Shown: one piece after another, positions 45,588-55,247 of the stretch | Position numbering within the stretch: the stretch's first letter is position 1 | How the letters are laid out: the number at the start of each line of letters is the position of its first letter | From: a virus | Lineage: Duplodnaviria; Heunggongvirae; Uroviricota; Caudoviricetes | Direction: 5' to 3' (one strand) | Length of the DNA stretch: 64,000 bases | Virus record (IMG/VR): IMGVR_UViG_3300029466_000004 | Coordinates: 9,952 to 73,951 of that record | Program-made: the position numbers and the translations under genes | Notes under the pieces: model-generated | Databases searched by the model: none | What the model saw: the letters and a program-made list of their open reading frames with translations, nothing else | Told to the model about the DNA's origin: nothing

Positions 45588-45893
45588 ATGCAGGGAGAAG
45601 AACTGATTTTTAAGAACGGAAGCATCACGCTACGGTCTATGCTTGATTTTGGTGGTTTCCTCGAAATCAAGCGGTTCTTGGAAGCCTGTCATTCGGAAAA
45701 CTGCACCGTGACTTTTGCAAACGAGGAAATTGTCATTTTTCCGAATGAATACGATGCTGCTAAAGATGCTCTCGTCTTTATTTACGGTACACTGGCAGAA
45801 AGACACGGCATTATCGAAAAGTATCTCCGCTATAAGCTGATGCTAGGAGATGAGCAACCAAAACCTACTTTACATAGTCAAAGAAAGGAATAA
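45588..45893 (+). CDS. hypothetical protein
   Basis: coupled ORF. Confidence 0.3.
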   Translation: MQGEELIFKNGSITLRSMLDFGGFLEIKRFLEACHSENCTVTFANEEIVIFPNEYDAAKDALVFIYGTLAERHGIIEKYLRYKLMLGDEQPKPTLHSQRKE

Positions 45894-46120
45894 AGCATGA
45901 AACCCGTAAAATTGTCAGAACAGAGTTTGAAGCTGATTGAAACGTTGTGCGATTACACCGACAAGCCCGATATCCTCAATGCCATCGCAGATGCCTTGTA
46001 CTATGACGCAGATGAATTGAAGCGCAGGCTAAACCAGCTTGCGGAAGAAGTCAAATAAACAGTGTGGCTTATTTGTGAAGATGAATTTTAGCAAATAATT
46101 TTCTAAAACAACATCATAAA
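45890..46120. repeat. direct repeat, left copy (~85% identity to 47370-47600)
   Basis: alignable over the 53-aa ORF plus ~60 bp downstream. Confidence 0.6.
45897..46058 (+). CDS. 53-aa protein, copy 1 (within the left direct repeat flanking rtcB)
   Basis: MKPVKLSEQSLKLIETLCDYTDKPDILNAIADALYYDADELKRRLNQLAEEVK; paralog at 47377-47538. Confidence 0.4.
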   Translation: MKPVKLSEQSLKLIETLCDYTDKPDILNAIADALYYDADELKRRLNQLAEEVK

Positions 46121-46143
46121 ATAAAATTGGAAAGGAGAACACA

Positions 46144-47358
46144 TTGAAAGCAATTTACGGTAAATATGCGTCTGCAAAGGTTTTTACGGACAATATTGAA
46201 GATAAGGCATCCGAGCAGATTCTAACGCTTTGCAATCAGAGCTTTGTTGATGGATGCAAGATTCGCATTATGCCAGACGTTCATGCTGGCTCTGGGTGCG
46301 TAATTGGGTTTACGGCAGACTTGGGAAAGAAAGTTATTCCCAATATTGTCGGCGTTGACATTGGCTGCGGAATGCTTGTTGCTGAACTCGGAATTGAACA
46401 TATTGACCCGGAAAAACTGGACAAAGTGATTAGAGAACGAGTTCCGGCTGGAATGAATGTTCACGAATCGCAGAAAATGTCGGATGCTTTCCTCCGTCAG
46501 CTTGATTGCAAAGATAGCCTTCATAATGTTGACTGGATTCTTCGCAGCATGGGCACTTTGGGCGGCGGAAATCATTTTATCGAGCTGGACGAAGATGAAG
46601 AGAAAAACCAGTACCTTGTTATCCATACTGGAAGCAGGAATCTCGGTAAACAAGTTGCAGAATATCATCAAAACGTAGCAATTTCTAATATCAAAGGAAA
46701 GAACAAAAGAAAAGAAGCTACGGAACGACTGATTGAGGAACTGAAAAAGCAAGGCCGTGAACAGGAAATTTCGAAAAAAATCAAAGAGCTGGATGTTCAG
46801 TTCCCCGATATTCCGAATGAGCTTTGCTATCTTGAAGGGAAAGAACGTGATTCTTACCTTAACGATATGCGGATTTGTCAGGCATTTGCGAAAATGAATC
46901 GGGCAAGAATTATGCATACCATTTTAGACGGCGTTGGAATAAATTCTATACTGACCCATGCGTCCTTCTTTGAAACCGTTCATAACTATATTGATGAATC
47001 GGATGATATTATCCGAAAAGGCTCTGTATCCGCTAGAGATGGTGAGAAGCTGATTATTCCTCTTAATATGAGAGACGGAAGCCTTATCTGTGTTGGCAAG
47101 GGCAATCCTGATTGGAATTTCTCTGCTCCGCATGGAGCTGGTAGGCTGTATAGTAGAACAGCGGCTAAAAAAGCATTCAGCGTTGAAGAATATCAAAAGC
47201 AGATGAACGGAATTTACACTACCTCAGCCGATGAATCCACGTTAGATGAATGCCCGATGGCATATAAGCCAGCACAGGAGATTATCAACGCAATCTCCCC
47301 AACAGTTGATATTGTAAAACACATTAAGCCCATTTACAATTTCAAAGCGGGAGAATAA
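46144..47358 (+). CDS. rtcB: RtcB-family RNA 3'-phosphate ligase
   Basis: MPDVHAGSGCVIG, VGVDIGCGM, GGGNHFIELDED, HTGSRNLG, PHGAGR motifs; TTG start with GGAAAGGAG RBS. Confidence 0.85.
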   Translation: MKAIYGKYASAKVFTDNIEDKASEQILTLCNQSFVDGCKIRIMPDVHAGSGCVIGFTADLGKKVIPNIVGVDIGCGMLVAELGIEHIDPEKLDKVIRERVPAGMNVHESQKMSDAFLRQLDCKDSLHNVDWILRSMGTLGGGNHFIELDEDEEKNQYLVIHTGSRNLGKQVAEYHQNVAISNIKGKNKRKEATERLIEELKKQGREQEISKKIKELDVQFPDIPNELCYLEGKERDSYLNDMRICQAFAKMNRARIMHTILDGVGINSILTHASFFETVHNYIDESDDIIRKGSVSARDGEKLIIPLNMRDGSLICVGKGNPDWNFSAPHGAGRLYSRTAAKKAFSVEEYQKQMNGIYTTSADESTLDECPMAYKPAQEIINAISPTVDIVKHIKPIYNFKAGE

Positions 47359-47369
47359 AACCGAAAGGA

Positions 47370-47600
47370 AAACGACATGAAAACCGCAAAATTGTCAGAT
47401 CAAAGCTTGAAGCTCATTGAAACGTTGTGTGATTACACCAACAAGCCGGATATTCTCAATGCCATCGCGGACGCTTTGTACTATGATGCAAACGAGTTGA
47501 AACGCAGGCTCAACCAGCTTGCAGAAGAAGTCAAATAAACTGTGCAACCCATTTATTAAGATGGATTTTAGTAAATAATTTTCTGAAGTGAAATTATAAA
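47370..47600. repeat. direct repeat, right copy
   Basis: see 45890-46120. Confidence 0.6.
47377..47538 (+). CDS. 53-aa protein, copy 2 (within the right direct repeat)
   Basis: MKTAKLSDQSLKLIETLCDYTNKPDILNAIADALYYDANELKRRLNQLAEEVK. Confidence 0.4.
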   Translation: MKTAKLSDQSLKLIETLCDYTNKPDILNAIADALYYDANELKRRLNQLAEEVK

Positions 47601-47669
47601 ACCGAATATTTGATTTTTGTGCAGTTGTAGGCACTCTTTACATTTTCAGGTAGGGGGTGCCTATTTTTT

Positions 47670-49337
47670 ATGCAGCCAAAACAGTGCATTGCCATCATCA
47701 ACAGCATCAAAGCGTATGCAAAGCAGAATCCGACAGAAGCACAGGTCTACGAGGACTGGTTTCAAGCGGTCGTGAATTTGAGGGACGCTCTGTCGCAAGA
47801 CAAGCGGTTCGATGCCTACAAATATTCTGGCGAGTTGCGCTCTGTCTGTGCAACCATGATGGGCAAGATGAAAACAGGTGAGGACGTGGCAAAAGTCTAT
47901 GACATTATCAGCCGAACGTACCTGTTTGAAGCAAAGGATGTATTTGACAGCTATTGCATCTACCTTGAATGGAACCGTGCGCCGGAAAAGAAGTTCTATC
48001 AGCCGAGAAGAAAGGTTCTTCTGACGTTGGTTCGTGACCTAGAGGACTTGTTTTTTCATCGTGTAGAATTTCTGGGAGTAAGTCAACCTCCGAGAACTGG
48101 AAAAAGTACGCTCTGTATATTTTTTATCACATGGCTGATGGGCAACCGCCCTGACGTTGCATCGGTTATGAGCGGACATTCCGACAAGCTGACCAATGGC
48201 TTCTATGGAGAAGTTCTGTCTATCATCACTGACCCCGTGACCTATAACTGGGGCAAAATCTTCCCTGACGTTCAGCTTGTAGATAAGAGTGCAAAAGACG
48301 AAAGCGTTGACCTGAACCGCAAAAAGCGTTTTCCCACTTTGACTTGCCGCTCCATTGGCGGTACGCTGACTGGCGCAGTTGAAATCGGCGAGGGCGGCGT
48401 TCTGTACAGTGATGACCTGATTGAGGACTTGGAGGAAAGCCTGAATGTTGAGCGTTTGAACAACAAATACGATGCCTACTTGAACCAGCTAAAAGACCGT
48501 AAAAAGCAGGGTGCATTGGAGCTGATGGTCGGCACACGCTGGAACGTGCTTGACCCTCTTGGACGCATCCAGAACCAGTATGCAGACAACCCAAAGTACA
48601 GATTTCGGGTGATTCCTGCGGTGGATGAGAACGGACACAGCAACTTCAATTATGACTATGGCGTTGGCTTTGACGATTCCTACTATGCCGACATGAAAGC
48701 CAGCATTGACGATGCAACATGGTGGGCAAAGTACATGGGTAAGCCCTATGTGCGTGAAGGCCTGCTGTTCCCTGCTGACGAACTGCGGTACTTCAACGGT
48801 GTTCTGCCTGACGGGGAACCTGATCGGAAGCTCATGGTCATGGATATTGCATGGGGTGGCGGTGACTTTACCGCCTGTCCTATCGCTTATGTGTACGGCG
48901 ATGCCGTGTTCATTCCTGACCTTGTGTTCAATAATGGCGATAAGACCTTGACCAGACCGGAAGTCGTGGGCAAAATCATCCAGCACAAAATCAATGTGGT
49001 GCGTGGCGAAGCCAACAACGGCGGCGATGAATACTGTGACGTAGTGGATAGCCAGCTCCGGCAGCAGGGCTATCACTGCTCTGTTCGCAGCCAACGTGCG
49101 CCCAGTGGTCAAAGCAAGCTGTCCAGAATTATCCAGTATGCGCCGGACATCAAGCGGTTTTACTTCCTTGACGAGAAACACCAGTCGAAAGAGTACAAGG
49201 CGTTCATGGAGCAGGTGACGATGTTTACGCAGCTTGGCAAAGTTTCGCACGATGATGCACCGGATAGTCTGGCACAGCTTGCCGATGAACTTTACAACGG
49301 AATCAGTAAAATCGAGCCTGTCAAGCGTCCATTTTGA
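47670..49337 (+). CDS. terL: terminase large subunit
   Basis: GVSQPPRTGKST Walker A; 555 aa; precedes the portal. Confidence 0.85.
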   Translation: MQPKQCIAIINSIKAYAKQNPTEAQVYEDWFQAVVNLRDALSQDKRFDAYKYSGELRSVCATMMGKMKTGEDVAKVYDIISRTYLFEAKDVFDSYCIYLEWNRAPEKKFYQPRRKVLLTLVRDLEDLFFHRVEFLGVSQPPRTGKSTLCIFFITWLMGNRPDVASVMSGHSDKLTNGFYGEVLSIITDPVTYNWGKIFPDVQLVDKSAKDESVDLNRKKRFPTLTCRSIGGTLTGAVEIGEGGVLYSDDLIEDLEESLNVERLNNKYDAYLNQLKDRKKQGALELMVGTRWNVLDPLGRIQNQYADNPKYRFRVIPAVDENGHSNFNYDYGVGFDDSYYADMKASIDDATWWAKYMGKPYVREGLLFPADELRYFNGVLPDGEPDRKLMVMDIAWGGGDFTACPIAYVYGDAVFIPDLVFNNGDKTLTRPEVVGKIIQHKINVVRGEANNGGDEYCDVVDSQLRQQGYHCSVRSQRAPSGQSKLSRIIQYAPDIKRFYFLDEKHQSKEYKAFMEQVTMFTQLGKVSHDDAPDSLAQLADELYNGISKIEPVKRPF

Positions 49338-49376
49338 TTAAAAACACAATATATTGTGTTCGCTGGGTCTATTTAT

Positions 49377-49406
49377 TTGATTTCACCACTTGACAAGGCT
49401 TATAAT
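49377..49406 (+). promoter_or_regulatory. sigma-A-like promoter (TTGATT-18-TATAAT) driving the non-coding/tRNA region
   Basis: ttgatt tcaccacttgacaaggct tataat. Confidence 0.4.
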
Positions 49407-49551
49407 GTACGCAGGAAGTTTTGCAGCTTCCCTTAAAGGAATAGCTTTCACGCGGGGTTTTGTCATTTTACTCGCGTGCGTGTCAACAAGCATATTCCTC
49501 CTTTCACCGGTGGAGGTTTTCTCACTCTTTCGCCTTCACCGGGCTTTATAT

Positions 49552-49632
49552 GTTGCGTTTCCAATTGTAAGGGGAATGCCAGCCTGTCTCCCCCACGGCT
49601 GGCAAGCAACGGTTCGATTCCGTTACGCAGCA
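49552..49632 (+). tRNA. tRNA-like element with canonical T-arm (GGTTCGATTCC) and acceptor pairing but oversized anticodon arm
   Basis: acceptor GTTGCGT/ACGCAGC; T-arm AACGG TTCGATT CCGTT; anticodon region folds as a 6-bp stem with a 12-nt loop. Confidence 0.25.
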
Positions 49633-49765
49633 CAACGATTCACTTCTGTTTTCATGGAAATTTTCCTTTTACAACCTCCAATCGTTATTCCCGGCTCTCG
49701 ATGAAATGGGTTTTGTGACATTTTACCATTTCAAAGAGCAACGATGAATTAAGCCGGGTACATGA

Positions 49766-49842
49766 CACAGAGTGGAGCAGTCTTGTAGCTCGTCGGGTTC
49801 ATAGCCCGAAGGTCGGTGGTCCAAATCCATCTTCTGTGCCCA
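49766..49842 (+). tRNA. tRNA with CAT anticodon (Met/fMet/Ile2-type), CCA encoded
   Basis: hand-folded cloverleaf: acceptor CACAGAG/TTCTGTG, D-stem GAGC/GCTC, anticodon stem TCGGG/CCCGA with loop TTCATAG, T-stem GGTGG/CCATC, discriminator C plus CCA; atypical D- and T-loops (no G18G19). Confidence 0.5.
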
Positions 49843-49993
49843 TCAGCGATTTGCTCCAGTCGGGGCAATCGTGGCTTTTGACACCCGACAAGTCAGAGCC
49901 TAGCACGGCTGGAAGTGCGAACAGTTTCCCAGTAGCTTCTGACAGGTCTGTGCTCAACAGCCTGTTTCCAGAAATTCAGCGAAAGGAGCGCTC

Positions 49994-50176
49994 ATGCTAG
50001 TTAGAATCTGTTGCCCTTGTATTAGGCAAAACCCAATCTATAAGAACGTCCGCTGCAATCGCTATCTTGGTGAAGTAGACGGACGATACCATTTCAAGTG
50101 CGACAGATGCAAGGGCGTTATCGAAGGAGACACAAGGGAAGGATGGGTAAAAATTATCCATCCACCGGAAAAGTAA
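49994..50176 (+). CDS. small zinc-ribbon protein
   Basis: CCPC...CNRY...CDRCKG. Confidence 0.3.
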   Translation: MLVRICCPCIRQNPIYKNVRCNRYLGEVDGRYHFKCDRCKGVIEGDTREGWVKIIHPPEK

Positions 50177-50267
50177 ATAGCTTTTGAAGCGCAGTTTTGG
50201 CGCAGTGAGATAGACCTTAACAGGTTTGTCTTGCTGCGCTTTTTATTTTGCCGGAAAGGAGGAACGC

Positions 50268-51770
50268 ATGGCTGAGTATCAGATGGTCGTTGGCGGTTTT
50301 TTGAATAATCCGCTGACCGGACGCAGACCGATTGAAACGCCGGAGACGGAAATCAATCGGGAGAACGTGCTGAAAGTGGTCATGGGCAAGGCAGAGCCTA
50401 TTCATCTGCTGAACAAGAATGAGATTCGCTTCTTGCACAATTACTACTTGGGCAGTCAGCCTGTTCTCCTCCGCACGAAGGAATATCACGCTGAAATCAC
50501 GAACCGCATTGTAGAGAACCACGCCAACGAGTGTGTGGGCTTCTACACAGGCTATATGAGCGGTACGCCGTGCTCTTATGTGCGGTCTGAAACGGCAACA
50601 GGTGACGGCGAGGAAATCGCCCGGCTGTCTAACGCCTTGCAGTATGAGGGCAAGGACGCGCTTGATCGGCGGCTCTGGCAGTGGATGTTGGAGTGCGGAC
50701 AGGGATACCGCATTGTTCTTCCTGACAAGGGGTATGGCGGTAACTACCCGGACGAAACACCCCTGCTGGTGGACGTTCCCGACCCGGACATGGCGTATGT
50801 GATTTACAACTCCGGCATCGGTCACAAGCCGATTGCCAACGTGCTGCACATTCCACGCAATTATCAGAACGACTTGAACGACCTGATTTGCGTGTACACG
50901 CCAAACCAGTACTTTGAAATCGACAACGGCAAGGTCACAAAATCGGAGAATCATTCTCTTGGAATGCTGCCGATGGTCGAATACAAGCTGAACCCGGAGC
51001 GTATGGGTCTGTTTGAACCGGCTATCCCCGTGCTGAATGCCATCAACGACCTTGAAAGCAACCGGCTGGACGGCGTGGCGCAGTTCATTCAGTCCATCAT
51101 GGTGTTTACGAACTGCCTTGTGGACGAGGATGCGCTCAACAAGGTTAAGAAACTTGGCGCAATGTGTCTGAAGTCCACCGCTGGTCTGCCTGCTTCTGTC
51201 TCACAGATTGCAAACGAGCTTGACCAGCAGCAGAGCCAGACCCTGCTTGATTCCATGTTGAACGTGTACCGCAGCCTGACTGCCATGCCTAGTGCAACCG
51301 GTAGCGAGAATGCAACGTCTGACAACGTGGGCGCAGTTATCGTCCGTAATGGCTGGAATCACACCGAAGCAAGGGCTCAGCAGTACGAGAATATGTTCAA
51401 GTTCTCGGAACGTCAAAGCCTGTCTGTGATGCTCAAAATTCTGCGTGATACGGCTGGTTCTAAGCTGATGGCAAGCGACATCAATATCAAACTGCCCCGC
51501 CGTCAGTACGATAACCAGCAGAGCAAGGTTCAGATTTTTGCACAGATGCTTAATCAGAGCATTGACCCGCAGTTGGCGTTTACTACGCCCGGTCTGTTCC
51601 CTGACCCGCAGGCTGCTTACGAAATGAGCAAGCCCTTCCTGATTGCCGCCGGAAAGCTAGGCAAGGATGGGAAAGCACCGAAGCCGCAGGAACAGCCCAC
51701 AGACCATATTGTTGACACCAACAAAATGGTCGGCGAACAGACTAATGCAAAGGAAGGAGAGCAAAAATGA
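50268..51770 (+). CDS. portal protein
   Basis: ~500 aa ORF immediately after TerL with AAGGAGG RBS; followed by scaffold and capsid. Confidence 0.7.
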   Translation: MAEYQMVVGGFLNNPLTGRRPIETPETEINRENVLKVVMGKAEPIHLLNKNEIRFLHNYYLGSQPVLLRTKEYHAEITNRIVENHANECVGFYTGYMSGTPCSYVRSETATGDGEEIARLSNALQYEGKDALDRRLWQWMLECGQGYRIVLPDKGYGGNYPDETPLLVDVPDPDMAYVIYNSGIGHKPIANVLHIPRNYQNDLNDLICVYTPNQYFEIDNGKVTKSENHSLGMLPMVEYKLNPERMGLFEPAIPVLNAINDLESNRLDGVAQFIQSIMVFTNCLVDEDALNKVKKLGAMCLKSTAGLPASVSQIANELDQQQSQTLLDSMLNVYRSLTAMPSATGSENATSDNVGAVIVRNGWNHTEARAQQYENMFKFSERQSLSVMLKILRDTAGSKLMASDINIKLPRRQYDNQQSKVQIFAQMLNQSIDPQLAFTTPGLFPDPQAAYEMSKPFLIAAGKLGKDGKAPKPQEQPTDHIVDTNKMVGEQTNAKEGEQK

Positions 51771-52150
51771 AGAAGCTGTTTATTTCTTGCCCGATGAAGA
51801 ATCGGTCGGAAGAAAATATTCGGATGACGTTTGACCGTTTGCACAAGATTGCCGAAGCAGTGTACGGTGAAAGTCTTGAGGTTATCCCGACCTATATCGA
51901 AGATAACCCGCCTAAGTGCAGAACTGAAGGACTTTGGTATCTTGGAAAGAGCATCGAACTTCTCGCACAGGCTGATTATTTTATCGGCATTTGCGGCGAT
52001 AATGCCTTTCAGTATAACGGCTGTACTGTAGAAATTGATGCTGCAAAGTTGTATGGCGTTCCAGTCTATCTTGTCCCGACCGTTTTCGCCGCTCCTGATG
52101 CTGCGAAAGAAGAACTGGTTTACAACGGCGCAGGGGAACTAATCGACTAA
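51767..52150 (+). CDS. DUF4406-like protein (nucleoside 2-deoxyribosyltransferase-like fold)
   Basis: KLFISCPMKN...; ...ADYFIGICGDNAFQYNGCTVEIDAAKLYGVPVYLV pattern. Confidence 0.4.
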   Translation: MKKLFISCPMKNRSEENIRMTFDRLHKIAEAVYGESLEVIPTYIEDNPPKCRTEGLWYLGKSIELLAQADYFIGICGDNAFQYNGCTVEIDAAKLYGVPVYLVPTVFAAPDAAKEELVYNGAGELID

Positions 52151-52260
52151 AAATCAATCCGCGTAAGCGGGCTGATATATTCCGGCAGGGAAGCCGGGAT
52201 ACAAATTTCGCAGCGTTGCAGGGAAGCAACGGTAAAAAAACGCAGGAGGAAATTAACGAT

Positions 52261-52842
52261 ATGAAACTCAATGTGTTGCTTGGTGATGCCTACAAAGAGG
52301 GCATGACCGCCGATGAAATCATTTCTGCGCTTGAAAAGGTTGCAGACCCTAACGCAGAAGTTGAGAAGCTGCGCAACGCCGTGACGAAAGCCAATGGCGA
52401 AGCTGCCGAGTATAAGAAGCAGCTCAAGGCAAAGCGTACCGATGACGAGAACGCCGCACAGGAACAGGCTGACAAGCTGGCAGAGATGCAAAAGCAGATT
52501 GAAGCCCTGACTGCCGACAAGGAAAACCTCATCAAGGAAAAAACTTTTGCATCTTACCGTGAGAAGTTTGTTGCACAGGGTTATGATGCTGAACTGGCTG
52601 GCAAGGCTGCATCTGCACTGGCTGACGGCGACGTGGACAAGGTGTTTAAGTTCCAGTCGGAGTTTATGATCGCCCACGACACCGCTTACAAGGCTTCTCT
52701 GCTGAAGGATATGCCCACACCTCCGGGCGCGGATGGCAAGGGCGGTTCTGATAGCGAAGGCGTGGCGTTTGCTAAGAGCCTTGCACAGCAGAACGCAAAT
52801 ACTTCTAAGGCATCGAGTGACGCAATGAGTGCTTTCCATTAA
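52261..52842 (+). CDS. head scaffolding protein
   Basis: Ala/Lys/Glu-rich coiled coil between portal and capsid. Confidence 0.55.
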   Translation: MKLNVLLGDAYKEGMTADEIISALEKVADPNAEVEKLRNAVTKANGEAAEYKKQLKAKRTDDENAAQEQADKLAEMQKQIEALTADKENLIKEKTFASYREKFVAQGYDAELAGKAASALADGDVDKVFKFQSEFMIAHDTAYKASLLKDMPTPPGADGKGGSDSEGVAFAKSLAQQNANTSKASSDAMSAFH

Positions 52843-52855
52843 CAAGGAGGAAAAC

Positions 52856-53224
52856 ATGAAGTTTACCCGAAACACGGTCAACGGAATCAACGATACCATC
52901 CTTGCTTCCAATGACTATACCGCCATCCCCTTTACCGTTGCTGGTACTGACGTGGTAAAGGCCGGTTATCCCATGACGCTGGCTGGCGCGAAAGCTACCG
53001 CGTCCGGTGACACTGGCGCAAAGACCATCAACGCTGATGGCATTTTGCTGTATGACGTTGACCCGAACGAGAACCCCAACGCTTCTCTGCTGATTCGTGG
53101 CGTTATCGACACCAAGAAAGCAGCTGCAAGTTCTGGCTTCACCTTTGACGCTGACGCAATCAAGGCACTCAAGACCGCCGTCCCCGGCATCTTCTGCCGT
53201 GACAACATCAGCGTGAACGCTTAA
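52856..53224 (+). CDS. small head protein (decoration/accessory candidate)
   Basis: AAGGAGG RBS; between scaffold and major capsid. Confidence 0.35.
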   Translation: MKFTRNTVNGINDTILASNDYTAIPFTVAGTDVVKAGYPMTLAGAKATASGDTGAKTINADGILLYDVDPNENPNASLLIRGVIDTKKAAASSGFTFDADAIKALKTAVPGIFCRDNISVNA

Positions 53225-53240
53225 TAGGAGGTAAAACAAC

Positions 53241-54320
53241 ATGGCACTGAATCTTAAGGAAGTCTTTGCCCCGGCTGCGATTGCCGCCTATTGGACGAAT
53301 GACCCTACCAATGCGATGCCTTTTGCATCTGACGCACTGTTCCCCGCAAAGAAGAAGGCTGGTCTCGACCTGAAGTGGCTGCGTGGCCACAAGGGCGTTG
53401 GCGTATCCCTGATGCCCAGCGCATTTGACGCAAAGGCTACGTTCCGCACTCGTGAGGGCTTCAAGTTCGATGAGACTGAGATGCCGTTCTTCCGTGAGGG
53501 CTACCATCTGGGCGAGAAAGACCGTCAGGAAATCCTGCGTGTTCTGGACAGCAACGACCCTTACGCTCGTGACGTGATGAACCGCCTGTACGATGACACC
53601 GCACAGCTTATCACTGGCGCACGTATCGTACCTGAGCGCATGATCTGGCAGCTGCTGGCTCCCGCCAATGGCGTTCCCGGCATCACCATCAAGGCAAACG
53701 GCGTGAACTACACCTACAACTACGACCCAGACGGCGGCTGGAAATCCACCAACTTTAAGGATATCAGTGGTGTCGCCAAGTCTAAGTGGTCTGCTGCCAC
53801 CGCAACTCCCATTGCAGACCTGAACGCCGCAAAGGACGCTATTCTGGCAAGCGTGGGCGAAGTCGTGACTGAGGTGTACATGAACACCTCTACCTTCCGC
53901 AACATGATTGCTGCGGATGAGGTGAAGAACCGGTTCATGACCGTCACCGCAAAGGCAAACGCCGTTCTGCTGGACGCTGAAGCACGGCAGATTATCGAAT
54001 CTGCAACCGGTCTGAAGATTCATCTGTACGACAAGATGTTCAAGGCAGACCAGTACAGTGCAAGCGAGAAGTATCTGCCTGACGGCATGGTGGTTATCAC
54101 CCCCGCTGGCGCGCTGGGCAATGTCTGGTACGGCACTACTCCTGAGGAAGCCGACCTGCTGTCTGGCCAGTCTGGTGCATCCGTGTCCATCGTGAACACC
54201 GGCGTTGCCATCACCACCGAGCTGACCGTTCATCCGGTTAATGCCAACGTCTACGCTTCCGAAATCGTCCTGCCGTCCTTTGAGCGCATGGACGCTGTGT
54301 ACTGCATCAAGGCTTACTAA
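53241..54320 (+). CDS. major capsid protein
   Basis: 359 aa; AGGAGG RBS; position after scaffold. Confidence 0.7.
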   Translation: MALNLKEVFAPAAIAAYWTNDPTNAMPFASDALFPAKKKAGLDLKWLRGHKGVGVSLMPSAFDAKATFRTREGFKFDETEMPFFREGYHLGEKDRQEILRVLDSNDPYARDVMNRLYDDTAQLITGARIVPERMIWQLLAPANGVPGITIKANGVNYTYNYDPDGGWKSTNFKDISGVAKSKWSAATATPIADLNAAKDAILASVGEVVTEVYMNTSTFRNMIAADEVKNRFMTVTAKANAVLLDAEARQIIESATGLKIHLYDKMFKADQYSASEKYLPDGMVVITPAGALGNVWYGTTPEEADLLSGQSGASVSIVNTGVAITTELTVHPVNANVYASEIVLPSFERMDAVYCIKAY

Positions 54321-54331
54321 GGAGAAACATC

Positions 54332-54505
54332 ATGCCTGTACCTATGTGCGGCATTATTGCCGCTTCCGCAAACGCCATGAATCAGGCTCGTAAACGCAAG
54401 CGAGTATGTAATCTCAAGGGTGATAATAACGAGTTCTGCAAGTATTGTCTTCTTGGAAAAGATGGCGAGTGCATTGAAAAGCAGGCAGATGAAAAGAAAA
54501 CCTGA
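54332..54505 (+). CDS. small Cys-containing protein (57 aa)
   Basis: GGAG RBS. Confidence 0.25.
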   Translation: MPVPMCGIIAASANAMNQARKRKRVCNLKGDNNEFCKYCLLGKDGECIEKQADEKKT

Positions 54506-54525
54506 GGCGAAAGGAGGAAGGCAGC

Positions 54526-54870
54526 ATGGGAGACCAGTATTCCGAAGCGGCAGTCAAGCTGGGACAGTACATTGCTCCTGCACTTGACCGTGAAGTCACG
54601 GACGAGGACTACCCACTCTTCGACCTGCTGCTTGATTTCGCCAAAGACAAGATATTTGCACAGGGCTACCCCTTCGGCAACAGACCGGACGAGCTGCCTT
54701 TGCAGTATCAGTCGTTGCAGATACGCATTGCAGCGGAACTGTACAACCACATCGGCGCAAACGGACAGACGAGCTATACCAATAATGGCATTACTCGTGT
54801 GTGGGAATCGTCCGATGTAGCGCAGTCCCTGCTGAACGAAGTAGTTCCGAGAGTAGGTGTTATCGGCTGA
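54526..54870 (+). CDS. head-tail connector/adaptor protein
   Basis: AGGAGG RBS; position after capsid. Confidence 0.4.
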   Translation: MGDQYSEAAVKLGQYIAPALDREVTDEDYPLFDLLLDFAKDKIFAQGYPFGNRPDELPLQYQSLQIRIAAELYNHIGANGQTSYTNNGITRVWESSDVAQSLLNEVVPRVGVIG

Positions 54871-55247
54871 TGTTCAATGGAAGCCCTCTGGACAAGCGCC
54901 CGCTTTGGTATTCAAACCCTATCGGCGAGAAAACGCCTGTTGTGGACGAGTGGGGAAATGAGACTGGCGAATCCGCATACGAATCGTGGAGCGACCCCGC
55001 AAAGCTGATGCTGAATGTCAGCCCGCCTACTGGTTCTGCGGAAGCAAACCCTTTTGGAGCGTTCACGGATTACAGCTACGTTGTCAGTTCGTCGAGCAAA
55101 AAGCGCAACACACCGCTTTACGAAGGTACACACGTCTGGTTTCAAACGGACGTTTCAAAGCCCTTCAATTACACTGTGGTCAAGGTCGCAGAGCATATTA
55201 CAGACACGCTGTATGCGCTGAAAGAGGTGGCTGCAAGTGAAAATTAA
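54870..55247 (+). CDS. head closure / neck protein
   Basis: ATGA coupling. Confidence 0.35.
   Translation: MFNGSPLDKRPLWYSNPIGEKTPVVDEWGNETGESAYESWSDPAKLMLNVSPPTGSAEANPFGAFTDYSYVVSSSSKKRNTPLYEGTHVWFQTDVSKPFNYTVVKVAEHITDTLYALKEVAASEN

Noticed and set aside
46222-54233. Long minus-strand ORFs antisense to rtcB (46222-46917), terL (48489-49250), portal (50217-50954), scaffold (52147-52911) and capsid (53208-54233)
   Set aside because: Each is antisense to a gene with strong motif or positional support and an RBS; compositions are antisense-like.
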